A stretch of 64,000 nucleotides of DNA from Bacteroidota bacterium (GTDB taxonomy: Bacteria; Bacteroidota; Bacteroidia; UKL13-3), in contig JAWXAU010000159.1 of the NCBI GenBank assembly GCA_034439655.1, positions 22,526 through 86,525 on the forward strand, given 5' to 3'. Under the pieces are notes generated by a model. The model did no database searches, was not told the origin of the DNA, and was given only the letters and a program-made list of their open reading frames with translations. The position numbers and the translations under genes were made by a program. Positions 27,678-37,287 of this stretch are shown here, piece by piece (the first letter of the stretch is position 1; each line of letters starts with the position of its first letter).

Positions 27678-29948
27678 TCAATGAAACACCAACACCTTAC
27701 CCACCTTATGTTGAAACGCGTCACTCGTATTTGCGAAGATGAGATACACCCCTGTATGAACACGCTCGCCTTTAAAATTTTTGATATCCCAAGTGGCAAT
27801 GCCACCGCTTGATTGTATCTCGTTTACGATGTTTCCTACAGCATCTGTTATCTTGATATTAGAATTATCGATGAGTCCTTTAATAGTTACATTGCCATGA
27901 TAGTTAGAGTTTACGGGATTGGGAAATATAACAAGACTATCATAGTTTTCTGCACCTTGGTTGGCATCACCTTTTACAGATACCATTCCTTTGTCGGTAG
28001 ATATAAATACCTCGCCAGTGGTAGGATTCACGCCAATACGTGATACAAAATTAGATATAAGCGGGCTATTGTCTTTGGTATAATTTTTCAATATTTTCTG
28101 TCCATCGGCACTAATCAAATATGCCCCATTTCGTGTGCCCACCCACTTGCGATTTGCAGGATCAACAGCTACACAGTTTACCACATCCTCCCCAAAAAGC
28201 CATTGCGGTTTGCCATTTACTGTTATCACAATTCGCTGTGCATCGAAATTGGTTTTTGTAGAAAATATATTGCCCGGTGAATAAAAAACTACCAAGCCTT
28301 TTTTGGTGGCCACCCACATATTGCCCTCTCTATCTTTGGCTACCTGCGATACTTCCAAATCGGGCAATAGCCCGCCCCCTACATCAGTTCCCAATAATTT
28401 GGAACGTGGTGGCCCGGGATTATTATTATTATTACCTTCGTCGAAAACTATGATACCTTTTCCGCGTGGTGCAACCATCCATTTTTGGCCAAGATCGTCG
28501 AGAACAATATCTACAAATACATCGGATATACCTGATAAGGAACCTAAATTATATGATTCCCATTTATAGTTGGTATCCATTTTTACTATTACATCCTTAG
28601 TGCCGGGATTTGAAATCCAAAGGTTTCCTTTGTCATCGAAAGTGAGACCACTAATTTGAAAAATAGAATAGGTGCCTAGTTTTAAACTATCCAATTTACA
28701 CCCATTAACTCCAGGAATAAATGCTTGCGTTACTTTGTTGTTCACCATCTCAATTAACCCATACCCGAATGAGCCGATATATACTTTTTTGTTAAATGGA
28801 TTCACGGCTATTTTATAAAAGTCACGCATATTATCCATGATAGGATCGGGCTGTGTATAGTTTATCCATTTCTCACCGTCGTAAAGCGAGAAACGATCAT
28901 TCCCATATAATGGCGAAAATATTTGGTTAGGACCCGTGGAGGCCGTCCACAGGTTAGTTTCATCGAAGCACATATCGGTTAGCCTTTTGCTTGTGGGGCC
29001 ATTGGGAGAGATAAACCCCAAGTTTCCATTCGCTTGATATACGATTAACCCGTACGCATAGTCAGCTATATAAATATCGTCATTCTTTATTTGAATAACA
29101 TGCCTTTTTTGTACTTCCACAATTGCTTTAACCAAGCTTTTGTTTTTTAATATTATAATACTATCACCTTTGTTCACAATCAAACTACCATAGTTACTTT
29201 CCAAACTATATAACAGACTTTTTCCTATACTATAATAGTTGCTAAAAACACCATTAGCATAAGTTTGGAGTGTACTATCTACGCCAACTACAATTGTGTT
29301 TTCATGATTAATTATATGTGAACAGCCACCCCCTTGGTATATATACTTCCACTGATGGTAATCGGCTAGGTTAGGTGAAAGGATAGATGCGGATATGATA
29401 CCCGTAGGAGTAGCGGCAAATATTGAATCCTCTTTGATGGTTAGCGAATTTATTTCTACCGAACTTCCTCCCTGTCCTAAATTTTCATACGATTCCGATA
29501 TTTCGCGTTTATCTAAATCGAATCGAACAATACCAAAACTACATGACAGATAAGCAAAATTCTTATGATAATATATATGATTTATTTGTTTCTTACCAAT
29601 AATAGGTGTTTTTAAAATATCGGGGTAATGTGAAACATTCTCGTTTTCTATAATATCAATATTGGTATTAGCATAAGCAACCAAGAATAATTTTTTGCCC
29701 TCATTGTATCTTATCAGTGTAGCCTCCGTTTCTCCCAGTCCTTCCACAGTGGTAAAAGTGCGAACTGTATTATAGGTGGGGTCATAAATAAAAAGACCGC
29801 TATTGGTTGCAGCCCACACCTCACCACTTCCCTCGGTTACATTGTTTACATGCGTAAAAGGCATGTGGGCTTTCCATGTTCCAATTCTCTGTGCTGCCAC
29901 ATTGCCCAAAAAAAACATGCACAAAATGTATAAATTTATTCTTCTCAT
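27678..29948 (-). CDS. secreted beta-propeller (two-component-regulator-propeller-like repeats) protein with T9SS type-A C-terminal sorting domain
   Basis: Signal peptide. Repeated W/Y-containing propeller-blade motifs. C-terminus FPNPVNSNYHGNVTIKGL...GVYLIFANTSDAFQHKVGKVLVFH matches the Por_Secre_tail (type A CTD). Confidence 0.6.
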   Translation of the reverse strand: MRRINLYILCMFFLGNVAAQRIGTWKAHMPFTHVNNVTEGSGEVWAATNSGLFIYDPTYNTVRTFTTVEGLGETEATLIRYNEGKKLFLVAYANTNIDIIENENVSHYPDILKTPIIGKKQINHIYYHKNFAYLSCSFGIVRFDLDKREISESYENLGQGGSSVEINSLTIKEDSIFAATPTGIISASILSPNLADYHQWKYIYQGGGCSHIINHENTIVVGVDSTLQTYANGVFSNYYSIGKSLLYSLESNYGSLIVNKGDSIIILKNKSLVKAIVEVQKRHVIQIKNDDIYIADYAYGLIVYQANGNLGFISPNGPTSKRLTDMCFDETNLWTASTGPNQIFSPLYGNDRFSLYDGEKWINYTQPDPIMDNMRDFYKIAVNPFNKKVYIGSFGYGLIEMVNNKVTQAFIPGVNGCKLDSLKLGTYSIFQISGLTFDDKGNLWISNPGTKDVIVKMDTNYKWESYNLGSLSGISDVFVDIVLDDLGQKWMVAPRGKGIIVFDEGNNNNNPGPPRSKLLGTDVGGGLLPDLEVSQVAKDREGNMWVATKKGLVVFYSPGNIFSTKTNFDAQRIVITVNGKPQWLFGEDVVNCVAVDPANRKWVGTRNGAYLISADGQKILKNYTKDNSPLISNFVSRIGVNPTTGEVFISTDKGMVSVKGDANQGAENYDSLVIFPNPVNSNYHGNVTIKGLIDNSNIKITDAVGNIVNEIQSSGGIATWDIKNFKGERVHTGVYLIFANTSDAFQHKVGKVLVFH

Positions 29949-30044
29949 TATTTACAAGATTTCAGAATCTCCAATTTGGTTGCAAATTACCACGAAGTTT
30001 TGTCAAAAAAAACTTAATTGTTCAAACAGTCAAGTTGTTAAAAA

Positions 30045-30971
30045 TCACTGCATCGCAACAATTTTTTGCAAAAGCACCTTCGCTATATTTTCATAACTTT
30101 GGGCACTCCAACCGCCCACATGGGGCGTAAAAACACAATTGGGGTGATTGATTAAATAATCAAAACGCTGTTTTTCTGCGTGGCTGAGTATATGCAAATT
30201 CTCGTTTTCAAACACGTCCAAGCAGCACCCAATTATTTTTCCTGATACTAAATTTTCGACCAAAGCATTTGTGTCTACAACGCCCCCCCTACTCAAGTTC
30301 ATGAGTATCATATTTTTTTTGAAGGATTTGATAAATTGATCGTTCGCATAATGCTTGGTTTCGGCATTAAGTGGTATATGAAATGATATAATATCTGCTT
30401 GTTCAAAAATAGTTTCTAAATTACCCGCTTTTATATAATTATTTTCTGTAATATCTATATACTTATCGTAGGCCAAAACATTTACCCCAAAGCCCGATAG
30501 CATACTGGCAAAGGCTTTTCCTGTATAACCATAACCAATAATTCCAATGGTTTGATGTTGCAATTCGATACCCTCATTTCCATAACGATCGATTATATAT
30601 TTTCGTACTTGCGAATCACCCCAATTTATACGGTGCAATAGGCTCAATAACATTCCTACAGCATGTTCACCTAAAGAATTTGCATTGGCTCCTGCAGCAT
30701 GTATACAAGCAATATGGTGTTGTTGTGCATACAGTTCATCCACATTGTCCATCCCTGCACCAGCACGGGCTATAAATTTTAACTGGCTTGCATTGGCCAA
30801 TAATTCTGCATTGATATTGGTTTTTGAACGAACTACAATACCTTCATAATTTTGTATAGTTTCTATAATCTGTTCTCTGGAAATGTTAGGTTCATAATCT
30901 ACTTCAAATCCTTTTTCCAGCAAGCCTTCCTGCATGCATGGGTGCATTTTTTCGATGATAAGTATTTTCAT
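30045..30971 (-). CDS. D-isomer-specific 2-hydroxyacid dehydrogenase (phosphoglycerate-dehydrogenase-like)
   Basis: GIIGYGYTGKAFASML NAD-binding GxGxxG. Catalytic R/E/H pattern of the D-2-HDH family. 308 aa. Confidence 0.8.
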   Translation of the reverse strand: MKILIIEKMHPCMQEGLLEKGFEVDYEPNISREQIIETIQNYEGIVVRSKTNINAELLANASQLKFIARAGAGMDNVDELYAQQHHIACIHAAGANANSLGEHAVGMLLSLLHRINWGDSQVRKYIIDRYGNEGIELQHQTIGIIGYGYTGKAFASMLSGFGVNVLAYDKYIDITENNYIKAGNLETIFEQADIISFHIPLNAETKHYANDQFIKSFKKNMILMNLSRGGVVDTNALVENLVSGKIIGCCLDVFENENLHILSHAEKQRFDYLINHPNCVFTPHVGGWSAQSYENIAKVLLQKIVAMQ

Positions 30972-31996
30972 TATTGAGCATTTAATGGAGCTGCCAATTG
31001 ACTCCTCCTACGCAGCAAATTTCCAAATACATAATCTTGCAAAATCATCCCTTCCTTATTACCGTTCTTAAATGCATAATACCGATCGGTATCATACTTC
31101 GATGCCTGCATACTTATGGGGTCAAACTGTGCCTTGGTACGATCACTCACGTGCTTGGCATGTATTCTTAGCACATCTGGCTTATGGTCATTTTGCGTAA
31201 CAGTCAATATTACCATAGGTTTTGACTTATATATAGAGTCCATGTTTTCTATAGTAGTTTCAGCACCAAAAGCTTCGGCTGAAACACCTTCGCCCTTTTT
31301 GCCATTGAAAAATCCTTTGATATAATATATAAAGCCAGAATCAATTTTTGTAGTAATGGTTGGCGATATAGTATATGTTGAATTGTGGTAATCTACCTCA
31401 TACGATTCGGCCATATTATCTGGGAATTCCAGTTTAACAGATTGTATATTGTCTGGTTTAATTCGGAACACCATCCGGTTACGCCATCGTTTCAAATCGG
31501 TATGAAACTGTGGATTGAGGATGCCTTCAAAGCCTGGCACTTCTACTACAAATGGTTCCGACGAACCTGCCAAAAGCATATAAGTACCGTTGCCTTGCGA
31601 GTTGCCCTGACTTATAAAATAGGTCTTGAAAATTTGATTACTTTTATATACTTCTACTTTTGTGTGCGAGACCGAAATTAATTTAATAACGCTTTCCATT
31701 TGACTTTGAGGAATGGGGGTTTTAACCTGAAGCTTTTGCAAAGTTTCGAACATTTGGTCTAAGTATGCCGAATTCGCTTCATAGGTTTTATTCACCATCC
31801 ATATTCCATTTATATTTTCGAGCAAAATATCTTTACCGTTTTTTTCTACCAAATATATTTTATTGATTCCCGAAGTATCCTTAATGGCAAAATCTTTTAA
31901 TGCCTTATTCCCAAAAAACCAACCTTGCTTATTGCCCCAAAAGGCAACACAAAGTAGTGCAATAAATACGAGGAGGATTATTATAGTTTTGTTCAT
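30971..31996 (-). CDS. DUF4340-domain protein (GldG-associated)
   Basis: Signal/TM N-terminus. Position immediately downstream of the gldG-like gene, as in the conserved ABC-GldF-GldG-DUF4340 cassette. Confidence 0.5.
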   Translation of the reverse strand: MNKTIIILLVFIALLCVAFWGNKQGWFFGNKALKDFAIKDTSGINKIYLVEKNGKDILLENINGIWMVNKTYEANSAYLDQMFETLQKLQVKTPIPQSQMESVIKLISVSHTKVEVYKSNQIFKTYFISQGNSQGNGTYMLLAGSSEPFVVEVPGFEGILNPQFHTDLKRWRNRMVFRIKPDNIQSVKLEFPDNMAESYEVDYHNSTYTISPTITTKIDSGFIYYIKGFFNGKKGEGVSAEAFGAETTIENMDSIYKSKPMVILTVTQNDHKPDVLRIHAKHVSDRTKAQFDPISMQASKYDTDRYYAFKNGNKEGMILQDYVFGNLLRRRSQLAAPLNAQ

Positions 31997-32019
31997 TTTT
32001 TTGTGAGTTGTGGGTTGCT

Positions 32020-32082
32020 AGATGTGGGTTGTGAGTTGTGAGTCCCGATAACTATCGGGTTGCTGTCGCCTTATGGTCTCGC
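32020..32082. promoter_or_regulatory. long inverted repeat (about 15-bp arms around a CCCGATAACTATCGGG palindrome) between the gldG-like stop and the DUF4340 start
   Basis: gttgtgagttgtgag...cccgataactatcggg...ctcgcaactcacaac. The nested palindrome is a variant of the one in repeat copies A/C. Confidence 0.4.
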
Positions 32083-32107
32083 AACTCACAACTATATAAC
32101 GTTCAAA

Positions 32108-33826
32108 CTAAGTATTGCGTTGCTTTCTAATAAAATTATTGATATAACCAAATATAACAACCAGTAAAATAGGGAATACAATATTGAACCATTGGTACTG
32201 GCTTTTATATAATTTTATTTTTTCGCGGTCGAGGGGTCTTATCTCTACCTTTTTACTGCGGGCATCCATCAATTTTGTTCCCTCCACCAAGTATTCAATG
32301 CAGTTCATCAGAAATTTTTTATTACCGTATGTTTTAGGTATTTGGTCCGTATTGTCAAAGCCTAAGGGTACTATTTCATTACCCCGTTGTACCAATACTT
32401 TATTTTTTATAATATCACCGTCCGATATAATAATCATGCGATTGTCGTCTATCTGATTTTTATAGCCTAGCAGTTTGGTAATGCTATCATTACCATAGTT
32501 TTTAAATATAGAATTGAACTTGCCTTCTAATAAAACCGCAATTGGTAAAAATTCACTTCGATACAATATCATATCTTGCTGCTTAACCAAACTACCCTCA
32601 ATGCTTAATAAAACTGGGGCTTGCAAGGTAGTAGCATGATCGCTCGAGCGTAGCAAAACGGTTTTTGTCACCCCTTCGCGACTCACCGTATCAAGTGTGC
32701 CACTAAACATGCCAGCTACGGGTTCTAAATTGCGAACAATTGGGTGTTCACTTTGTGTAAAATATAATGGAGCAAAAGTCCAAGGTTTAAACACAGGGCG
32801 TGTGCCCCCATTGGCCAGTTTTTCGGTGAGTTGGATACGGGTACATGCAAGGTCTTTGAGTAATACTGAATTTAAACGCACGCCATATCTAAACAACATT
32901 TCTTCTAAACCAGTGTTCACAATGGGTGCAAAGGTTTGTCCGCGGCTTTTGAGGCTATCCATTTCGGCTCTAACGTTTTCTACCAACATCAATAGTTTGC
33001 CGCCATGCATCACATATTGATCGAGTTTGGACAAATCATAATTCTCGAATAGTGAATCGGGTTTTGCTACAATCAAGCAAGCATACTTATTAAGTTCTGC
33101 TGCTGGAAAATCACTAATCCGAATTCTTTCTACATCATAATAATCACTGAGCTCATTGGTAAGACTGGCGGTATAATCCTTTCCCAACTCTCCATGCCCC
33201 ACAGTATATGCAATTTTTTTCTTTTTAATGTTTACACATTTTTTCAAGGCATTGCTTATATCATATTCTAAATTTTCGATGCTTTGGTTAAGGGCAATTT
33301 CTGCCGGCATTCCAAACTGTTCACGTAAAAAATTCATAGGAAATTCCTTGGTGCCTTTAAATGAAACTAAGGCTCCAGGGAAAATAGTTTTGCGAGAAAA
33401 TTCATTCTCTTGGTCTACTTGCAAGGAAGTGGGTTTCAACCCCAAATCGATTAATTGTTGCATACGTGAATGCCGCTCCTGCTTTTCTTCCACAGTGCCC
33501 GAGGAGTCCATGATTTCGGTATTGGGATCTATAAACTCGTACTGTATTTTTCCATTAGAATAGCTTTGAAATTCATCTAATGTTTCTTTCAATGATTGTT
33601 GTAAGCGTTTGAAACGTGCATCAAAATCGCCTTCTAAAAATATTTTAAAATATACTACATCGGGAAGCGAGGCTGCAATTTCTTTGGATGAATTTGATAA
33701 AGTAAAACGTTTCTCTTTGGTTAAGTCCAGCCTAATAAAATTGGTAGTCGCCACAAAGTTGAGCAATACCAATAGTATACCCACCAGAGTGATTTCTATA
33801 ATAGCTTGCTTCTTGTAATTTTTCAT
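32108..33826 (-). CDS. gldG: gliding-motility-associated ABC transporter auxiliary component GldG-like
   Basis: 572 aa. N- and C-terminal TM anchors with large periplasmic domain. Directly downstream of the ABC-2 permease (GldF-like) and the GldA-like ATPase. Confidence 0.6.
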   Translation of the reverse strand: MKNYKKQAIIEITLVGILLVLLNFVATTNFIRLDLTKEKRFTLSNSSKEIAASLPDVVYFKIFLEGDFDARFKRLQQSLKETLDEFQSYSNGKIQYEFIDPNTEIMDSSGTVEEKQERHSRMQQLIDLGLKPTSLQVDQENEFSRKTIFPGALVSFKGTKEFPMNFLREQFGMPAEIALNQSIENLEYDISNALKKCVNIKKKKIAYTVGHGELGKDYTASLTNELSDYYDVERIRISDFPAAELNKYACLIVAKPDSLFENYDLSKLDQYVMHGGKLLMLVENVRAEMDSLKSRGQTFAPIVNTGLEEMLFRYGVRLNSVLLKDLACTRIQLTEKLANGGTRPVFKPWTFAPLYFTQSEHPIVRNLEPVAGMFSGTLDTVSREGVTKTVLLRSSDHATTLQAPVLLSIEGSLVKQQDMILYRSEFLPIAVLLEGKFNSIFKNYGNDSITKLLGYKNQIDDNRMIIISDGDIIKNKVLVQRGNEIVPLGFDNTDQIPKTYGNKKFLMNCIEYLVEGTKLMDARSKKVEIRPLDREKIKLYKSQYQWFNIVFPILLVVIFGYINNFIRKQRNT

Positions 33827-33833
33827 ATACTAA

Positions 33834-34562
33834 TTACCATTTCCTACTTCCAAACACCGTTTTACTTCCCCATAAAAACATCACAATCACACTTACAAAG
33901 TATAATATATCTCTACTATCCACCAAGCCCACACTTATATTTTTATAATGGGTTTCTATACTGAACCATTCTACCAATCTATCATAAGTACCGAATAATT
34001 TGAAGTCGCTCAACAGGCTGAAACCTTGATATAGGAAGAAGCACAGGAACATGGAAACCAAAAAACTCACAATCTGGTTATCAGTAATTGCACTTCCAAA
34101 AATTCCGATGGAAGCATATACAGCACCCAAAAAAAACAAACCTATATAACTTCCCATAATAGCTCCCGTATCGAGGTTTCCTACTGGGTTTGAAAGTTTG
34201 TATACTGATACATAAAATATAATAGTGGGTATTAATGAAAATAAAACCAACACTACCGAAGCGAAATATTTTGCCAATACAATTTGCCAATCCGTAAGCG
34301 GTTTGGTGGTGAGCAATTCTATAGTTCCTGATTTTTTTTCTTCGCTAAAACTCCGCATGGTGATAGCCGAAATCAAAAATATAAATACCCAAGGTGCAAT
34401 ATTGAATAGCGTGTCCAGATTGGCATAACCGCCATCGAAAACATTATAACCTGGAAAAACCCACATAAATAATCCGATAGCCAATAAAAAAACTATAATA
34501 ACCACATAGGCTATAAGCGAACTTAAAAAACTCCTGATTTCTTTTACAAAAACACTATACAT
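33834..34562 (-). CDS. gldF: ABC-2 type transporter permease (GldF-like)
   Basis: 242 aa, 6 TM. Sits between the gldA-like and gldG-like genes. Confidence 0.6.
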   Translation of the reverse strand: MYSVFVKEIRSFLSSLIAYVVIIVFLLAIGLFMWVFPGYNVFDGGYANLDTLFNIAPWVFIFLISAITMRSFSEEKKSGTIELLTTKPLTDWQIVLAKYFASVVLVLFSLIPTIIFYVSVYKLSNPVGNLDTGAIMGSYIGLFFLGAVYASIGIFGSAITDNQIVSFLVSMFLCFFLYQGFSLLSDFKLFGTYDRLVEWFSIETHYKNISVGLVDSRDILYFVSVIVMFLWGSKTVFGSRKW

Positions 34563-34565
34563 TTT

Positions 34566-35477
34566 TTACTGATCTTTTTTTGTCAGGGTTTTAAATACGT
34601 CTTCCAATTTTTGCTTTTCCAGACTTAATCCTAGTAAATTCATATTGTTTTCGTAGGCTGCTTTATTTATTTGTTCGCGTATATCTTTATCGCAAATAAG
34701 TCTGTATTGGTTGCTTTGAAGTCTTGTTATACTCTTTACGCCACCCATTTTTTTGAGTATATTATCATTAATTTCTTTTCCAAACTCTACTATAATAATA
34801 TACTCTTCTATCTCTTGCTTGCCAAGGTTTTCAGTAAGGTCATCCGCTACTATTTTTCCTTGATTTATAATAATAACTCGCTTGCACATGGCTTGTACTT
34901 CTTGCATAATATGTGTAGAAAGTATTACAGTGCGGTCTCTTCCAATTTCTTGAATAAGGTTGCGAATATCTACTATTTGATTAGGGTCGAGACCCGAGGT
35001 AGGTTCGTCCAAAATCAATACTTTGGGATTGTGCAGCATGGATTGTGCGAGACCCACACGTTGCCTATAACCTTTGGAAAGTTGCCCAATTTTTTTATGT
35101 GCTTCAGGAGTTAGCCCCACATTGCTGATCATTTCCTCCACACGCTTTTTCGCTGTTTTTCCCAATCCGTGAATTTGTGCCATAAACCTTAAATATTCAC
35201 GCACATACATATCGGTATATAAGGGGTTCAATTCGGGTAAATACCCAATGACTTTGCGAACCTCCAGTGGCTTTTCTGTAATACTAAAATTGCAAACTGT
35301 GGCAGTGCCCGATGTTGGGGGAATATAACACGTCAGCATTTTCATGGTAGTCGATTTGCCAGCTCCGTTAGGCCCTAAAAAACCAAGTACTTCACCCGGT
35401 TTAGCCTCGAACGATATAGAATCTACGGCCTTTTGGGTGCCATAGTGTTTGCTCAAATTTTCTACAATAATCGACAT
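34566..35477 (-). CDS. gldA: ABC transporter ATP-binding protein (GldA-like)
   Basis: GPNGAGKSTTMKM (Walker A), LSKGYRQRVGLAQ (ABC signature), ILDEPTSGLD (Walker B). N-terminus closely resembles flavobacterial GldA. Confidence 0.7.
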   Translation of the reverse strand: MSIIVENLSKHYGTQKAVDSISFEAKPGEVLGFLGPNGAGKSTTMKMLTCYIPPTSGTATVCNFSITEKPLEVRKVIGYLPELNPLYTDMYVREYLRFMAQIHGLGKTAKKRVEEMISNVGLTPEAHKKIGQLSKGYRQRVGLAQSMLHNPKVLILDEPTSGLDPNQIVDIRNLIQEIGRDRTVILSTHIMQEVQAMCKRVIIINQGKIVADDLTENLGKQEIEEYIIIVEFGKEINDNILKKMGGVKSITRLQSNQYRLICDKDIREQINKAAYENNMNLLGLSLEKQKLEDVFKTLTKKDQ

Positions 35478-35645
35478 GCTGTTTTTGTTCGTTGCAAAAA
35501 TACAGGTTTCTATCAGTTATACCGATATGGTATCTGTTTTAGAAATTTGTTTTCTAACAGATACACAGTCGGCATTACCATTCTATGCAACAAAAAAAGC
35601 AAAAATATTTTTTGTTGCAAGAATTGGTATTACTTTGCAGCCCAC

Positions 35646-36890
35646 ATGATTTTTTTGTACGACTGTTTCATCGCCCTGTATTCTTTAGTAGCCAAACTAA
35701 TGGCTATAGCAGGCCACAAAAAGGCCAAGCTATGGGTAGAAGGAAGAGCTGGGGATAGAGAAGAATTTAAAAAGTATGCACTACAGCAGTCTCCCCTCAG
35801 GGATTCGCCGCGGCGAATAGTGGGGCAAAGCCACCAAACTCTCTGGTTCCACTTCGCTAGTCTCGGTGAGTATGAGCAAGGTCGACCTGTTATGGAGAAA
35901 TTAAAATCGGAGCGAAAGAATATAAAAATAGTTGCCACTTTTTTCTCGCCCTCGGGATATGAATATTGTAAAGATACCCAACTCATAGATTATAAATTTT
36001 ATTTACCTGCCGACATAGAATCAAATGCGAAAAAATTTGTGGAATTTATTAATCCCAGTGAAGTTTTTTTTATCAAATATGAATTTTGGTATCACTACCT
36101 GCATATATTAAAAGAGAAGAAGATTCCTGTATATTTGGTGTCGGGATTATTCCGTCGCAAGCAAGTATTTTTTAAATGGTATGGTGGACTTCACAGAAAA
36201 ATGTTGTCCTGTTTTACCCACTTTTTTGTGCAGAATGAAAGTGCTCAAAAACTATTACAATCATTGAACTATAATAATGTAACAGTAACAGGAGATACCC
36301 GATACGACCGCTGTTTGCAGATAGCCGATACACCTTATATAAATGATATTATTAAAGACTTTATCGGACAAAATTTTTGTTTGGTTGCTGGTAGTACTTG
36401 GACAGAGGATGAGAATATAATTTTAAATCATACAGATAAGTTCAAAATTATTTTAGCACCACACGATATATCGCGTTCTGAAAGTTTATATAAACAGTTT
36501 AGCGATTCGGTACTATTTTCACAGTACAATAATAATTCTGATAAAAACATATTAATCATCGACAATATTGGCATGCTTGCTAATATATATCGCTTTGCAA
36601 GTATTGCTTATGTAGGCGGGGCATTTGGTAGTGGTTTGCATAATATTATAGAACCATTGTCGCATGGAAAACCTGTAATTCTCGGACCTAAAACTGATAA
36701 GTTTCCTGAGGCGGCAGAAGCCATTAATGCAGGAGTAGCTCATCAAATAGAAATGGCAGACGAATTATATATCATCGCAGAAAAATATATCAGTAATGAC
36801 ACGTATTTACAGCAACAACAAAACAGGGCAAAACAATTTGCAGTAGGAAATAAAGGGGCTGCTGAAAAGATTTTGAGAGGACTGTACTAA
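35646..36890 (+). CDS. waaA: 3-deoxy-D-manno-octulosonic-acid (Kdo) transferase WaaA/KdtA
   Basis: N-terminal TM helix then LWFHFASLGEYEQGRPV (WxHxxSxGE motif of the Kdo transferase N-domain). Start set at ATG 35646. The track ORF from 35433 is an upstream extension that overlaps gldA. Confidence 0.8.
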   Translation: MIFLYDCFIALYSLVAKLMAIAGHKKAKLWVEGRAGDREEFKKYALQQSPLRDSPRRIVGQSHQTLWFHFASLGEYEQGRPVMEKLKSERKNIKIVATFFSPSGYEYCKDTQLIDYKFYLPADIESNAKKFVEFINPSEVFFIKYEFWYHYLHILKEKKIPVYLVSGLFRRKQVFFKWYGGLHRKMLSCFTHFFVQNESAQKLLQSLNYNNVTVTGDTRYDRCLQIADTPYINDIIKDFIGQNFCLVAGSTWTEDENIILNHTDKFKIILAPHDISRSESLYKQFSDSVLFSQYNNNSDKNILIIDNIGMLANIYRFASIAYVGGAFGSGLHNIIEPLSHGKPVILGPKTDKFPEAAEAINAGVAHQIEMADELYIIAEKYISNDTYLQQQQNRAKQFAVGNKGAAEKILRGLY

Positions 36891-36894
36891 CCTC

Positions 36895-37254
36895 CTAATA
36901 CTGCCCCGTCCTCAACAATACCAAGGTACAAGCCTCCATATATGCTATACCATTTTCATCGAGAAAACTATATAATTCTTCGTTTTCTGTTCCTGGATTA
37001 AATATAATACGTTTGGGTTTTAGCTGCAGCAAATCATTATAATACTGCTTTTGTATTTGAGGATTTATATACAATGTTACGGTATCAAAATTATCGTTTT
37101 CCGGAAATTCGTTAATGAAACGAACGCCATCAATTTCATCTTTTTTTATACTGAGCAAAACCACCTCATGTCCATGGCTACGCAACAGTTTAAAAGCCTT
37201 ATAGGCATATCGTTCGGGATTGGGGCTTGCACCTATTAGTAATACTTTTTCCAT
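36895..37254 (-). CDS. CoA-binding domain protein (YccU-like)
   Basis: MEKVLLIGASPNPERYAYKAFKLLRSHGHEV matches the CoA_binding_2 family. Start set at ATG 37254 (complement). Confidence 0.6.
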   Translation of the reverse strand: MEKVLLIGASPNPERYAYKAFKLLRSHGHEVVLLSIKKDEIDGVRFINEFPENDNFDTVTLYINPQIQKQYYNDLLQLKPKRIIFNPGTENEELYSFLDENGIAYMEACTLVLLRTGQY

Positions 37255-37287
37255 TTCACAAAAATAAATCTTAACATTGCAAGTTAA

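Noticed and set aside
35433-35645. Upstream 71-codon extension of the waaA ORF
   Set aside because: It overlaps the 3' end of gldA on the opposite strand. Kdo-transferase homology (N-terminal TM helix) starts at Met 35646.
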